The translations under genes and the position numbers were made by a program. The notes beneath the pieces were generated by a model. That model was not told the origin of the DNA, made no database searches, and saw only the letters and a list, made by a program, of their open reading frames with translations. Below, one piece after another: positions 10,701-18,999 of a stretch of DNA of 64,000 nt. Numbering within the stretch: position 1 is the first letter of the stretch; the number at the start of each line of letters is the position of its first letter. This stretch comes from a virus, in the IMG/VR virus record IMGVR_UViG_3300031578_000001. One strand, given 5' to 3'.

Positions 10701-10880
10701 ATGGTCAGCGCTAACGTGCAGGCCGTGATCGACAAGATCGTCATCGAGGACAAGGACATGAAGTTCATCGAGTTCCTCGATATCAGGGAGTCCGAAACGA
10801 TCATCGATACCTTCGAGCTTGACTTCAATGCCGATCCGTTCATCTCAGCCGCAAGGGCGAAGGTCACCATCTTCGTCTAA
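7740..10880 (+). CDS. tail sheath protein with large inserted beta-rich domains
   Basis: 1046 aa; C-terminal sheath-like segment (EDSVTVQVDNFARILRKQIKPLLG...FELDFNADPFISAARAKVTIFV); followed by tube-like gene. Confidence 0.8.
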   Translation: MMASSNLRTDLEIIQVFEPASPIVQDANNPLVLIGVNRQIVWHENTGNFIGGQENDPFYFPDLIAGSKVEQPSASEEELRPHVFISGRYGVSEVTPIYNFGVDPPNIELSPTLSAVFEIASGNTGEYSSSSGKFVDPSADFIEAEVAPGDVIKVDDVDAFLVTNLVSDTEIDVSRIDKADPTWSGDLSAEDSNGDRIFTDLGYDFETAGVMIGDLMTVKGWDILATGDGIDFSAEVVGVRTITAGTGYDFSGAGVQPPVTGPPYQVDIIWMQDNDNPPDWYPALKVSANVTTNTLDAVNLITTPAYPGPTDAEDDKVFEIYHYTQIDLTGGTVWTDANGDWTADGIPIAGQRTFSIGGGNPNGIDFSTLLTLSLSRYNLVVHGINDAGGTTNARPIFKIISITNPTTLVVQNWDPDRPQNSTTGTGTTWEIWDDGGAVIMGFQGASITAEGPGGLLAANERLFTSTIDMEVAGVAVGDTVFSAGGMAMFEVTTVGASGNPGYPGLLNQFELGVTNLVPGTPPPSWNDGNFPFYVTDVTEAIMRVTRVLDANNLTVRNTMASTPPEASAFTGLLYSITVADSLSSLNYTIEKTVSGANLTGDVLVTYTARRNDSYTQLFTVKADDWESLLGQAVPANPLALAAKIGTLNSNYPLWVLQVPNDLSQDWTDTLNYLKTNRYYILCPLTQDETVLSAYRAHVLAQSTPETKRDRILFQSHLFERIKTRTTGSTSTFTKTATVTTITVTGDLSAYGVLVGDVMKGTANVSGTEYAFEARIITLITGASSILTVVNDNGIGGTPPVSGTITAWTIQSKDLTDTQFAMEMAEYAEGLGNRRFRNVFPSTCQVKFSDQTDPSLASGLYGGGDVIVEVGGQYQAAMFAAMRSSQKPAQALTKVMGTGIYKVLNPFGDFYGGDEDTNDIVLNGGNWIATQDTVGGDVSSARAVTTDTSDIQKLEDSVTVQVDNFARILRKQIKPLLGPFNIEETYFDMVSANVQAVIDKIVIEDKDMKFIEFLDIRESETIIDTFELDFNADPFISAARAKVTIFV

Positions 10881-10908
10881 ATGTTGCTGACACAAAAAGG
10901 AGCAGGAG

Positions 10909-11649
10909 ATGCCCAGCACGAGTTTCATCAACTGGAAGTTCGCTTCCGAGCATGTCCAGGCGGAACTCCAGAACGGTGAGTACGTCAGCGCCGAGTCGAC
11001 GCTGATCCTCGCCGGTCCTTCCCGTCTGAGGATGATCCAGGACGGAAGCCCGGATCCTCTGGCCGCAAAAAGCCGGCTGTTCCCGGTGGGCCTGCTTCAG
11101 ACGATGCAAGTCGCCCAGAACCGTCAGGTGGCCCGCCTCTTCGAGATCGGGTCGAAGCGATCCTACTTCGTCCCGGGGCGCCTCTTCGCTAACTTCCAGA
11201 TCAACAGGATTCTCTTCTACGGGCCGAGCCTCATGCGTCTGCTCTACGCCCTGGCGCCGCGAAGGGGATTCGGACAGCCTTTCAATTTCGCCCCGGACGG
11301 CACGACGCCCAGGCATCAGGACGATCTCCGGACGCCTCGGTCCTACGAGTCGCTGTTCCCGGCCCCTGGTACGAACTTCCAGCTGGGACCTGGCCACGGT
11401 GGGAAGTCGGCCGACGACAACAGGGACTTCTTCATCAACCTGGCCTCGGAGCTCTTCAACGTGCCCTTCGGCCTATGCCCCCTTCTGAAGGATGCCCGTC
11501 AACGGCCGTACGGATCCTTCTACATGGAGGACTGCATGATCGAGGCGCACTCGATCGGCTTCGACTCGAACAACATCGTGATCGCGGAAGGCGTGAACGG
11601 ACAGTTCGACATGCTCATGCCCGTGCAGGTGTACGACAAAGCAGCCTAA
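10909..11649 (+). CDS. tail tube protein
   Basis: 246 aa after sheath; VGLLQTMQVAQNRQVARLFEIGS and YMEDCMIEAHS...IAEGVNGQF tube-like motifs. Confidence 0.75.
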   Translation: MPSTSFINWKFASEHVQAELQNGEYVSAESTLILAGPSRLRMIQDGSPDPLAAKSRLFPVGLLQTMQVAQNRQVARLFEIGSKRSYFVPGRLFANFQINRILFYGPSLMRLLYALAPRRGFGQPFNFAPDGTTPRHQDDLRTPRSYESLFPAPGTNFQLGPGHGGKSADDNRDFFINLASELFNVPFGLCPLLKDARQRPYGSFYMEDCMIEAHSIGFDSNNIVIAEGVNGQFDMLMPVQVYDKAA

Positions 11650-11671
11650 GCCTTGTGGTTCGTTCCGTGGG

Positions 11672-11707
11672 AGAGCCCGGCGATTAGTCGTCGGGCTCTT
11701 CTTTTTT
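11672..11707 (+). terminator. intrinsic terminator at convergence of + and - arms
   Basis: AGAGCCCGGCGA / TCGTCGGGCTCT stem followed by TCTTTTTT. Confidence 0.75.
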
Positions 11708-12505
11708 GAGTGCGGCTGGAGGGATGTGACCTTCTCTGATGAGAACGTAGAGTTTCCTGAGGGCCGCGCTTTCGATCTGTCGTATCCGTTCCCTGGACTT
11801 TCCGTAGTGTTCCGAGATCTCCTTCAAGGTCTCTTCGTCGCACGAGATCCCGTAGCGCCGGCGTATGATATCCTCCTCGAGAGGCTTGAGTCTGTGGAGG
11901 ACACCTGCGATCTTCTCCTTGATTTCCGCATTCGCTGATATGTCTATCGGATCTCCATCGGTTGATGGAATGTCATCGCATATGTTGTGAGCGATCATGG
12001 TTCTCTTCTCGTTGTATTTCTTGAAGATCCTGAGAAGGGATACTGACCACCCAAGGAATTCGTAGACCTCATGTTCGGTCGGAGTTCGTCCCGTGTCCTC
12101 CTCGATAGCTTTCTTGGCAAGTTTGAAATCGTTCTTGAGGTTCGAGACAGAGGCCACTGTTTCCCTACTGAAGAAGTTAAGACCTTTCCTGATTTTAGAG
12201 TTGATCCACCAGACGGCGTACGTGGAGAACTTGAACCCGAGGCTGATGTTGAATTTGTCGATGGCCGTGAACAGGCCTATCGTTCCGTCACTGATGAGGG
12301 ACATGACCCTCGGGTCCTTGGGGCCACAGAACTTCATCACGCACGAGATAACGAGTCTCATATTCCGTTCGATGAACTCGATCCGGGCTTCTTTATTTCC
12401 CTTTTTTATCAACCTCAGAAGTCTCTTCTCCTCCTGAGCCGATAAGGTTCCTTTGTTCTCGAACTTCTTATAGAACTCGTTGAATTCCTGCTGGTCATTA
12501 GCCAT
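11684..12505 (-). CDS. RNA polymerase sigma-70 family factor (RpoD/RpoS-like)
   Basis: Region 1.2 (LSAQEEKRLL), region 2 (NMRLV...GLFTAIDKF...GFKFSTYAVWWI), region 3 (RTPTEHEV), region 4 (TLKEISEHYGKSRERIRQIESAALRKL). Confidence 0.92.
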   Translation of the reverse strand: MANDQQEFNEFYKKFENKGTLSAQEEKRLLRLIKKGNKEARIEFIERNMRLVISCVMKFCGPKDPRVMSLISDGTIGLFTAIDKFNISLGFKFSTYAVWWINSKIRKGLNFFSRETVASVSNLKNDFKLAKKAIEEDTGRTPTEHEVYEFLGWSVSLLRIFKKYNEKRTMIAHNICDDIPSTDGDPIDISANAEIKEKIAGVLHRLKPLEEDIIRRRYGISCDEETLKEISEHYGKSRERIRQIESAALRKLYVLIREGHIPPAALKKEEPDD

Positions 12506-12974
12506 TTCTGATCGTCTGGAAACGGTCGATAAACATGAGGAACCTGTCCATGATGAACGGGGCCTCGAATGCCGTAGTGTAGATGATCAGATCCCAGTGG
12601 TTCCTGAAGATAGGGTTTTCCGAGGCTTCGGCCTCGACGTTGGTGAGACTCATCTCGAGTATTCTCCTGGCCAGATACTCCCCGAGGATCCCCATATTTT
12701 GCTTCGTGATCTTTTTGAAATGGAAGGCGATTTTCGACCAGACGGGAGAGAGTTCCTGGATTCCGTACTCCAACTGGAAGTGAGGATAATCTTTTGTCGT
12801 GAACTGGACCACGACCGGATCGCTGTCGTGACCCATCTCCTTCAGGGCGTCGAGATCGATGCTAACCTCAGGGTTCTTTTCCATGAACTTCTTGAAGGCG
12901 CCCGGCGCGTGCTCGTGCAGGGCGTTCGCGAATTCAGGATCTCCCGGCGTTATTATCTTTCTCTTTTCCGCCAT
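12498..12974 (-). CDS. hypothetical protein
   Basis: 158 aa ORF coupled to sigma gene. Confidence 0.65.
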   Translation of the reverse strand: MAEKRKIITPGDPEFANALHEHAPGAFKKFMEKNPEVSIDLDALKEMGHDSDPVVVQFTTKDYPHFQLEYGIQELSPVWSKIAFHFKKITKQNMGILGEYLARRILEMSLTNVEAEASENPIFRNHWDLIIYTTAFEAPFIMDRFLMFIDRFQTIRNG

Positions 12975-13407
12975 CTTCTTCCCCTCTCTTCTTTCTCTTC
13001 ATCTCCTCCTTCACATAGAGCCTCGCCTTATCGAGGACCTCGTTGTAGGAGATCTTTCTTTCCTCGAGCTCGTTCCTGACCTTCAACTCGCCTCGCAGCA
13101 TATCCACCTTGATCGAGAGGTTATCGATGGATCTAAGGAGTGGTTCGAGGTTGGCTCCAAGCAACGCCTGGAGTAGGAGGGCTTTCATGGTCTCGATGGA
13201 TGGGATCTTCACCTGGGACATCGGAGTCTGGGATCTCAATGGTTCCACAGGCTTGCCGCACTCAGGGCAGACGAAAGTCAGTATTCCGTCCGTCTCCACC
13301 TTCGGAGCTTCCCACACGGGTAGATATGCCTTGCATCCATCGCAGTAGAGGATATTTCCGAGAGATCCGAGGTCTACCCCATTAGGAACATTTTCAGGTT
13401 TGAGCAT
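12934..13407 (-). CDS. Zn-ribbon + coiled-coil protein
   Basis: CDGC...CPEC; GGAG RBS. Confidence 0.6.
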   Translation of the reverse strand: MLKPENVPNGVDLGSLGNILYCDGCKAYLPVWEAPKVETDGILTFVCPECGKPVEPLRSQTPMSQVKIPSIETMKALLLQALLGANLEPLLRSIDNLSIKVDMLRGELKVRNELEERKISYNEVLDKARLYVKEEMKRKKRGEEDGGKEKDNNAGRS

Positions 13408-13817
13408 GGAACAGTCTCCTCTGCAATACGCATAATCAGGTCTGCCTGCTCTCTAAAAAATTCGCGAGCGAATAGAAATGGGACCCTGGCGAAGAAGGTC
13501 TCCGCCAGGGTTCCGAGAAAGTATTTCCGGTATTCGTTACGAAGCCATGCCCAGTCGAGCGCGTCAGAGGCATCTTTCTTAGAGAGCCTGAACGTGATGA
13601 TTTTCTTGCGCCTTGGATTCGTTTCCGGGAACCAATCACTGTCGAATTTATAGATCGATAGGAACACCCTGAAGAAGTCTTGGAAGGTGCGGTTTGTCTG
13701 GGTCTTGAGGCTCCGGATCTTATTCCTGGTGGGAGAGGAGAGGGATGCTCTGACGATCGTGCCGAAACGAGATTCTGTCAGACGGGCTTCAAGAATCTCT
13801 TTTGGCAGCTCCGGCAT
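13374..13817 (-). CDS. hypothetical protein
   Basis: ATG 13817 with GAGGAG RBS (track ORF starts 13880). Confidence 0.6.
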   Translation of the reverse strand: MPELPKEILEARLTESRFGTIVRASLSSPTRNKIRSLKTQTNRTFQDFFRVFLSIYKFDSDWFPETNPRRKKIITFRLSKKDASDALDWAWLRNEYRKYFLGTLAETFFARVPFLFAREFFREQADLIMRIAEETVPCSNLKMFLMG

Positions 13818-13945
13818 TCGTAGGTCTCCTCGCTGACCTGCGAGCCGTCGTTCTCGACCGTGTCGGCGGTCTTGACCCATTCTACGTCGCAGGATTCGCA
13901 GTTAGGACACTTCACCGCGCCGTGTTTGTCCATTTCCTGCTCCAT
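13778..13945 (-). CDS. 55-aa Zn-ribbon protein (below ORF-track cutoff)
   Basis: MEQEMDKHGAVKCPNCESCDVEWVKTADTVENDGSQVSEETYECRSCQKRFLKPV; CxxC...CxxC. Confidence 0.6.
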   Translation of the reverse strand: MEQEMDKHGAVKCPNCESCDVEWVKTADTVENDGSQVSEETYECRSCQKRFLKPV

Positions 13946-13977
13946 GGATTAGAGAGTAGCGTGGACGGAAGGCCGCG

Positions 13978-14301
13978 TCAAGAGCGAACTTGCGGCTCCT
14001 TTCCGACGGCCGAGCAGGCGTTCTCGTAGGTGCTGGCCAGGTCGACCCAGGAATCGTCGGCCGCTGGGACGTGATGTCCGCTGCCTTCCGGGTCCTCGAC
14101 GAGGCCCCCGGTCGCATCGATGGTGGCGATAAACTCAAGCAGAGCCGAGAAGGTGGCCTTGGGCTCGATCCAGTTCTCGCCCGGAATCGATGGATTCATG
14201 CTTCTCCTGTGGAGACGGCCGCAGTCCGGGCACCATCTGAGGTACACTCCGCTGGCAGCGGTCCCGATGTCCTTCATCGGGGCTCCGCATCTGCATTCCA
14301 T
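13978..14301 (-). CDS. Zn-ribbon-containing hypothetical protein
   Basis: MECRCG...WCPDCG; AAGGAG RBS. Confidence 0.6.
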   Translation of the reverse strand: MECRCGAPMKDIGTAASGVYLRWCPDCGRLHRRSMNPSIPGENWIEPKATFSALLEFIATIDATGGLVEDPEGSGHHVPAADDSWVDLASTYENACSAVGKEPQVRS

Positions 14302-14330
14302 GGGATCTCCTTGTATCAATCGGTTTGGTA

Positions 14331-14552
14331 CTACCAATCCAGTTTGCACTTCTTGTGGATGAAGAGCATCTGTCCGAATCTGGCAAGAAGCAGTACCTTC
14401 TCGTGGGGTTCATCCCCTATCGGCTCGCTGCACGTCAGGCAGAGTACACGCTTCACGCGATCGAGGTCGTATCCATATTCTGGATGGTACTGTTTTTCCG
14501 GGGTGGGTTTGCACAGACCGCACTTGCAGTCAGGTGGTTTGCTGCGTTTCAT
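14331..14552 (-). CDS. Cys-rich small protein
   Basis: CKCGLC...CLTC...HKKC. Confidence 0.5.
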   Translation of the reverse strand: MKRSKPPDCKCGLCKPTPEKQYHPEYGYDLDRVKRVLCLTCSEPIGDEPHEKVLLLARFGQMLFIHKKCKLDW

Positions 14553-14555
14553 TCG

Positions 14556-14861
14556 TTAATCCGAGAAGAGATTCCCCTGGCGGAGATCCGGGGGAATTTC
14601 CTTGACCTCGAGATCCGTGTAGCCGGTTTCTCTCAACTCTTTGAGGAGCCGTCGGTATTCCGTCTCTGTCGCCGGCACGGTCTTTCCGAGAACGGTATCG
14701 TAGTCTGCTGCTCTGTGCTGGCCGATGTGGGAGTAGGAGGCGACGTTGCCCTGGGTGTCGAACGGGATGTCAGGGAACAGGGCCACGACGTCGCCCTCAT
14801 TGAATTTCCTGAAGATGACGGTAGTCCAGGCCAGGGGTTTCTTGTTCTTCCTTTTAGGCAT
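14556..14861 (-). CDS. conserved-looking phage hypothetical protein
   Basis: VIFRKF..GDVVALFP...SYSHIGQH...EY..LL.EL...GY pattern common in phage ORFs. Confidence 0.65.
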   Translation of the reverse strand: MPKRKNKKPLAWTTVIFRKFNEGDVVALFPDIPFDTQGNVASYSHIGQHRAADYDTVLGKTVPATETEYRRLLKELRETGYTDLEVKEIPPDLRQGNLFSD

Positions 14862-14942
14862 TTCATTCAACCTGAATATCCGGGATATTATTTCCCTTGA
14901 CGTTCAATTTGTCGACGAGGATTGTTCAAGCATTCCTCGATG

Positions 14943-15575
14943 TTAACTTTTCGATTCTAACCATTTCTGGAATCCAAGGTCCTGCTCTTCCCTCTGTTTT
15001 ACGATCAGACTCGCAGCCTCATCGGCGTCGTCGGGGAGATGGTCCATAAAGGCCTGGAGCACGGTGAGCGTCATTTCGCAATCGGTGCCGGCGCTGTGGG
15101 CGTTACCGTCCACCCAGATTCCGAGCCTGTCGATTACGTTCTCGAGTTTGTGTCGGCCCTTACCTTTCCAGAAGCGTCCGACTTTCTCGAGTCTGACCAC
15201 GACCAAGGGATCGATGACCGGCTTGGTCATGGCGAGCCATTTCCAGGCATCTCCCATTTCGTTCAGCATGAAGGAGGCATCGAATGGCCAGTTGTAGGCC
15301 ACAAGGACGTCTGCCGTCGAGAGCCAGTCTGCGACCTTCTGAACGATGTCTCCGAACTCGGGAGCGTCCTTAACCTTCTTGTCCGTGATACCGTGGATCG
15401 CGGACGCCTCCGGAGGGATGGGAATGCCAGGGTTGATGAGCCTCGAGTGGACTTTGTTGATCTTTCCGTTCACCATTCTGGCAGTTCCCAGCTCGACGAT
15501 CTTGTCCTTCTCGGGATCGAGGCCCGTGGTCTCGACGTCGATGGCGATGACGGTTCCCTTCTTCCAGGTCTTCAT
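14943..15575 (-). CDS. DEDDh 3'-5' exonuclease (Pol III epsilon-like)
   Basis: IDVETTGLD, AYNWPFD, HSAGTDC motifs. Confidence 0.9.
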   Translation of the reverse strand: MKTWKKGTVIAIDVETTGLDPEKDKIVELGTARMVNGKINKVHSRLINPGIPIPPEASAIHGITDKKVKDAPEFGDIVQKVADWLSTADVLVAYNWPFDASFMLNEMGDAWKWLAMTKPVIDPLVVVRLEKVGRFWKGKGRHKLENVIDRLGIWVDGNAHSAGTDCEMTLTVLQAFMDHLPDDADEAASLIVKQREEQDLGFQKWLESKS

Positions 15576-15802
15576 CTGGCGTTCTCCAGCGTGATCGAGC
15601 AGTCCATGTGGGCCGAGAGCGTTCCGGCAATTTCGGCTCTGTAGACTCTGAGTTTGGGGACGTCGTCCACGTCTATGTCTCCCATGTTGATTTCTTCCCG
15701 GATTTTCTCCTTGATCTCGTCGAAGGTTCCGATAACTATCATCACATCGATATTGTCGATGACGATAAAAGTGTTACTACAGGCAGGTTTCTTTTTCTTC
15801 AC
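15572..15802 (-). CDS. hypothetical protein
   Basis: overlaps neighbours at stop/start. Confidence 0.55.
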   Translation of the reverse strand: MKKKKPACSNTFIVIDNIDVMIVIGTFDEIKEKIREEINMGDIDVDDVPKLRVYRAEIAGTLSAHMDCSITLENAR

Positions 15803-16046
15803 GTTCCTTCACCTCCTTGAATTCGATGGTCATGATCGTGTCGCGTGTCCACTCGGTATTACATTCGTTGCAGTAGAAGTTGATCACGACGATCTCGCCC
15901 GGAATGGGATAGCTGAGTATGCCGGACACCTGGTCTTGGGCTGTCTCGTGGCCGCACGCCGGGCAGTTGTCCCGGAATTCATGTCCATGATAGAACCGCT
16001 TGGCCAGCTCAGGCTGTTGGTCCTGTGGAAGCTTGATGATCTTCAT
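15777..16046 (-). CDS. Zn-ribbon protein
   Basis: CPACG...CNECN. Confidence 0.6.
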   Translation of the reverse strand: MKIIKLPQDQQPELAKRFYHGHEFRDNCPACGHETAQDQVSGILSYPIPGEIVVINFYCNECNTEWTRDTIMTIEFKEVKEREEKETCL

Positions 16047-16366
16047 CGACTTCGGTCTTTCCTGCCCTTCGAGCGTATGACCATCTTGGTCGGGTCGAGG
16101 AGCAGGCCGTCGTAGATGTAGGCGTTCCCGAACAATAGGAGATAGTCCTTGACGAGTTGGTCCGTGGCCGGCCTGCCGAGAACATTTCTCAGGTATGTGA
16201 CTTCGTCGTGGAGATCTTCGACCAGGCGCATGAGGGACGACGCCGCGCTAATGGACGCCTGGATGTCTATCATTTTGGATAGATCAGCCAGTTCACCCAA
16301 CTTGACCAGCATCTCTTCGGCCTTCTTGATCCTCTCGCTCCACTTGGTTACTTCTTCGCCGGTCAC
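16043..16366 (-). CDS. hypothetical coiled-coil protein
   Basis: GTG 16366 with GGAGGAG RBS. Confidence 0.6.
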   Translation of the reverse strand: MTGEEVTKWSERIKKAEEMLVKLGELADLSKMIDIQASISAASSLMRLVEDLHDEVTYLRNVLGRPATDQLVKDYLLLFGNAYIYDGLLLDPTKMVIRSKGRKDRSR

Positions 16367-16368
16367 GT

Positions 16369-17196
16369 TTACTCCTCCACAGCAACCTTGACGGTCTTCG
16401 GAATCATGATCTCCTTTTCCTCTACGCGGTGGTTTTTGACGAAGTCGATGAATGCGTCCAGGACCTTTTGGATGGTCTTGTCGAAATCCCAGACGATACG
16501 TACGCGGTCCCGCAAGGAATCCGTGTCCCACGAATCGAAGTCGTTGGGATCCTCATCCATCTCCTTGCCCGGCATCGTGAAGGTCCGCATGTGGGTCTTC
16601 TTATAGTCCTGCATACCTCCTTCACGGTGGCAATGGCCGCACTGATTTACACCGACTTCTCCATTCTTATTCACGTCCTCCTTCGCCCGCTTAGCGATTT
16701 CGATTACCTTCTCAACGGGGAGATCGAGCTCGGCGATCTCGGACTGAGTCGGATAGACTTCTGGAATCCACATTGTGTGGGTCAGTGCATATAGGTAAGC
16801 AACGCCCTCAGGTGATTTGTCATCCAGGACCGTCTGTGGGATTCCCCTACGGTAGTTCTGCTGTCCGCAGAAATGGCAGTGGCGCTTGTAACCAGAGGGC
16901 TTTTGGCCCCCATGATACAAAACCAGGTATCCACCCGAACGTCCGTTGGATCCAATCTGCCACTCATGGTTCCACCGCTCATCGAATTCTCGGATGATGT
17001 CGTTGCCATCATGGAATGCCTCGTCGATGCCGAGGAAGTCATAGGCTTTGGAGAGGAGGTCACGTGGGACAAATGTATCGACCTTGACACGGGCTGCGTA
17101 GGAGGTTGAGAGGTTCCATGAATTCATGGTGTAATACCTGAAGTGTTCACTCAGGTACGCGATCATTTCCTTTCTTGTCCTTGGCTTTCTCGGCAC
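16369..17196 (-). CDS. phage hypothetical protein with split Zn finger
   Basis: GTG 17196 with GAGGAG RBS; NGRSGGYLVLY motif; CHFC...CGHC. Confidence 0.65.
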   Translation of the reverse strand: MPRKPRTRKEMIAYLSEHFRYYTMNSWNLSTSYAARVKVDTFVPRDLLSKAYDFLGIDEAFHDGNDIIREFDERWNHEWQIGSNGRSGGYLVLYHGGQKPSGYKRHCHFCGQQNYRRGIPQTVLDDKSPEGVAYLYALTHTMWIPEVYPTQSEIAELDLPVEKVIEIAKRAKEDVNKNGEVGVNQCGHCHREGGMQDYKKTHMRTFTMPGKEMDEDPNDFDSWDTDSLRDRVRIVWDFDKTIQKVLDAFIDFVKNHRVEEKEIMIPKTVKVAVEE

Positions 17197-17467
17197 GTTC
17201 GATCTCCTCAAATTTCTTGATCCCCTCACTGGTGATTGACCATCCCCAGTCCTTGTGGAATCCATAGTTCACCACGGAGTAGCTCACGAGTCTCTTTTCT
17301 TGGAGTGCGTTGAGGACTTTGCCGGCAGTTCTCGCGTAGGCCTGAGGCTTCCTATTTTTACCCCAGACCGTATCGCCGATGTACCCGGGTCCAAGTTGCC
17401 GATCGAATTTCATCGAGTCGTCGTAGAGCACTCCGAGAACCTTGATCTGCGCTTCGCTCAGGTTCAC
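17147..17467 (-). CDS. small winged-helix-like protein
   Basis: MNLSEAQIKVL...GKVLNALQEKRLV...WSITSEG pattern. Confidence 0.5.
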   Translation of the reverse strand: MNLSEAQIKVLGVLYDDSMKFDRQLGPGYIGDTVWGKNRKPQAYARTAGKVLNALQEKRLVSYSVVNYGFHKDWGWSITSEGIKKFEEIERAEKAKDKKGNDRVPE

Positions 17468-17991
17468 TTTATCTTCCTCATCTTTCCGAACACGTTGAGG
17501 ACCCGGATCACGTTGTTCGGGCCGCAGAGAACCGGGTGAAGTGCCACGCGCTGGACATTGAACTCCTTATAGGCCGGAATGACCAGGATGTGGAGGATGA
17601 GGATAAGACCGCCCGTTCTTGTAAGCCTGGCCGCTTCCTTGAGGACGTGCTTGGGCTTCGGCAGGTCTTTCATGTCCTTGGACCACTCAAACCCGAATCC
17701 TGCCGTGTAAGGAGGATCTGCGATCACCATGTCGAAGGTGCCATTTTTCAACGGGATCTTATCGTATGGCGCCACTATCTCGGCTCCCGTTTCGGATCGA
17801 AAATCAGTGGTCACTCCGATGTCGGATTCGCCGCAGAACATGGATAAGATCTTCTTTCCCTCGAGAGGGTAGAACTTCTTGAGGTTATAGATGAAGCGAC
17901 CTGGCCAGCGCTGACGCTGGCCGGTGTTAGGAGGACTTCCGCAGAGCCATGGGGTCATGTCCATCCCGCTGCTCGTCTTGAAGTGCTTCAT
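17464..17991 (-). CDS. small amino (N6A/N4C) methyltransferase
   Basis: ILSMFCG (motif I-like), FDMVIADPPY (motif IV). Confidence 0.75.
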   Translation of the reverse strand: MKHFKTSSGMDMTPWLCGSPPNTGQRQRWPGRFIYNLKKFYPLEGKKILSMFCGESDIGVTTDFRSETGAEIVAPYDKIPLKNGTFDMVIADPPYTAGFGFEWSKDMKDLPKPKHVLKEAARLTRTGGLILILHILVIPAYKEFNVQRVALHPVLCGPNNVIRVLNVFGKMRKIK

Positions 17992-18245
17992 CCGAACATC
18001 TCCTTCTCCAGGTCCTCGAGGGTGGGTTCCTCTTCTTCCTTGTGTTTCTTGATCTTCTTCGAGACGGTCGCCAGATCGACGCCGTAAAAGGGATTCTTAG
18101 CGGCTTTCCTGAAGGCGGCTGTCTTCATGCACTTCGTGCAGTCGACTTCGCAGGCCCTGGTAGTGACTTCCCGGTCGGGAAGGTCTTTGGCGCCACACTC
18201 TCCGACGCCTTTCTGATTCTCATACTCCCTCAGTAGATGTTTCAT
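17988..18245 (-). CDS. hypothetical protein with Cys cluster
   Basis: ATG 18245; C...CEVDCTKC. Confidence 0.55.
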   Translation of the reverse strand: MKHLLREYENQKGVGECGAKDLPDREVTTRACEVDCTKCMKTAAFRKAAKNPFYGVDLATVSKKIKKHKEEEEPTLEDLEKEMFG

Positions 18246-18481
18246 CCTGCTCGTCACCTGGAGGATCCTCCAATCCGAGAAGCGAGAGGTCGAGGCCTGC
18301 GGAGGCGCCCAGTCCGATGAGGGCGGCAAGATTCTTCATGGTCTTCTCCCGCTTCTCCGGATTCATTTTCGATAGATGCTCCCTGATCTCGGTCCTTCGA
18401 ATCTTGAGCTCTCTTTTGTTCTTCTCGATCGCCTCTGTTCTACGCTGGTCGAAGGACCCTCGCTTTTTTTGCCTCTCCCAT
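18220..18481 (-). pseudogene. 86-aa ORF interrupted by one extra A in an A7 run
   Basis: Removing one A at 18464-18470 gives an uninterrupted MGEAKKRGSFDQRRTEAIE... ORF to TGA at 18220; GGAGAGG RBS. Confidence 0.6.
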
Positions 18482-18483
18482 AC

Positions 18484-18999
18484 CTACCTCTCCAATTGAC
18501 GAATGCGACCCGTGGCTACTATAGCTACGGCCACGGCATCGCTGATGTCCTCCTGACCGGGTTCGATGGCGAGATCGAACATTTTGTTTACGGTCTTCCT
18601 GACGGCTTCCTTGGCCTCATTACGTAATCCTTTACATCTGAGGTCGCTCCGGATTTTGGCCGGTGAGAGCTCGATGACCTCTCTGCCGGTGTACGCCTTC
18701 GCCGCGCACAACCCGACGCCCATGAACTTCAGGATCGTGATGGCGGCTTTCAGTTTGGCGATGTGGTGCTGCTCGAAGGCCACATAGTCGGGGCGTGCCT
18801 TCTTGAATAAGGCGTCGAGATTCCGGTAGAAGTCCACGAGTCGGTCGGCCATGGGCCTCAGTTTTTTGCTGATGTGGGACTTGGTGGTGAACATTCCCTT
18901 GTCGAGAATCTTTGATTTCGAGACGAGATCCGTCTCGAGGAGAGCCCAGCCCGTGATGCCTGATGATGAGTCGAACCCGAGGATTCTGATCTTAGTCAT
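18484..18999 (-). CDS. ruvC: RuvC-like Holliday junction resolvase
   Basis: ILGFDSSSGITGWA, VAFEQ, DISDAVAVA catalytic pattern. Confidence 0.85.
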   Translation of the reverse strand: MTKIRILGFDSSSGITGWALLETDLVSKSKILDKGMFTTKSHISKKLRPMADRLVDFYRNLDALFKKARPDYVAFEQHHIAKLKAAITILKFMGVGLCAAKAYTGREVIELSPAKIRSDLRCKGLRNEAKEAVRKTVNKMFDLAIEPGQEDISDAVAVAIVATGRIRQLER

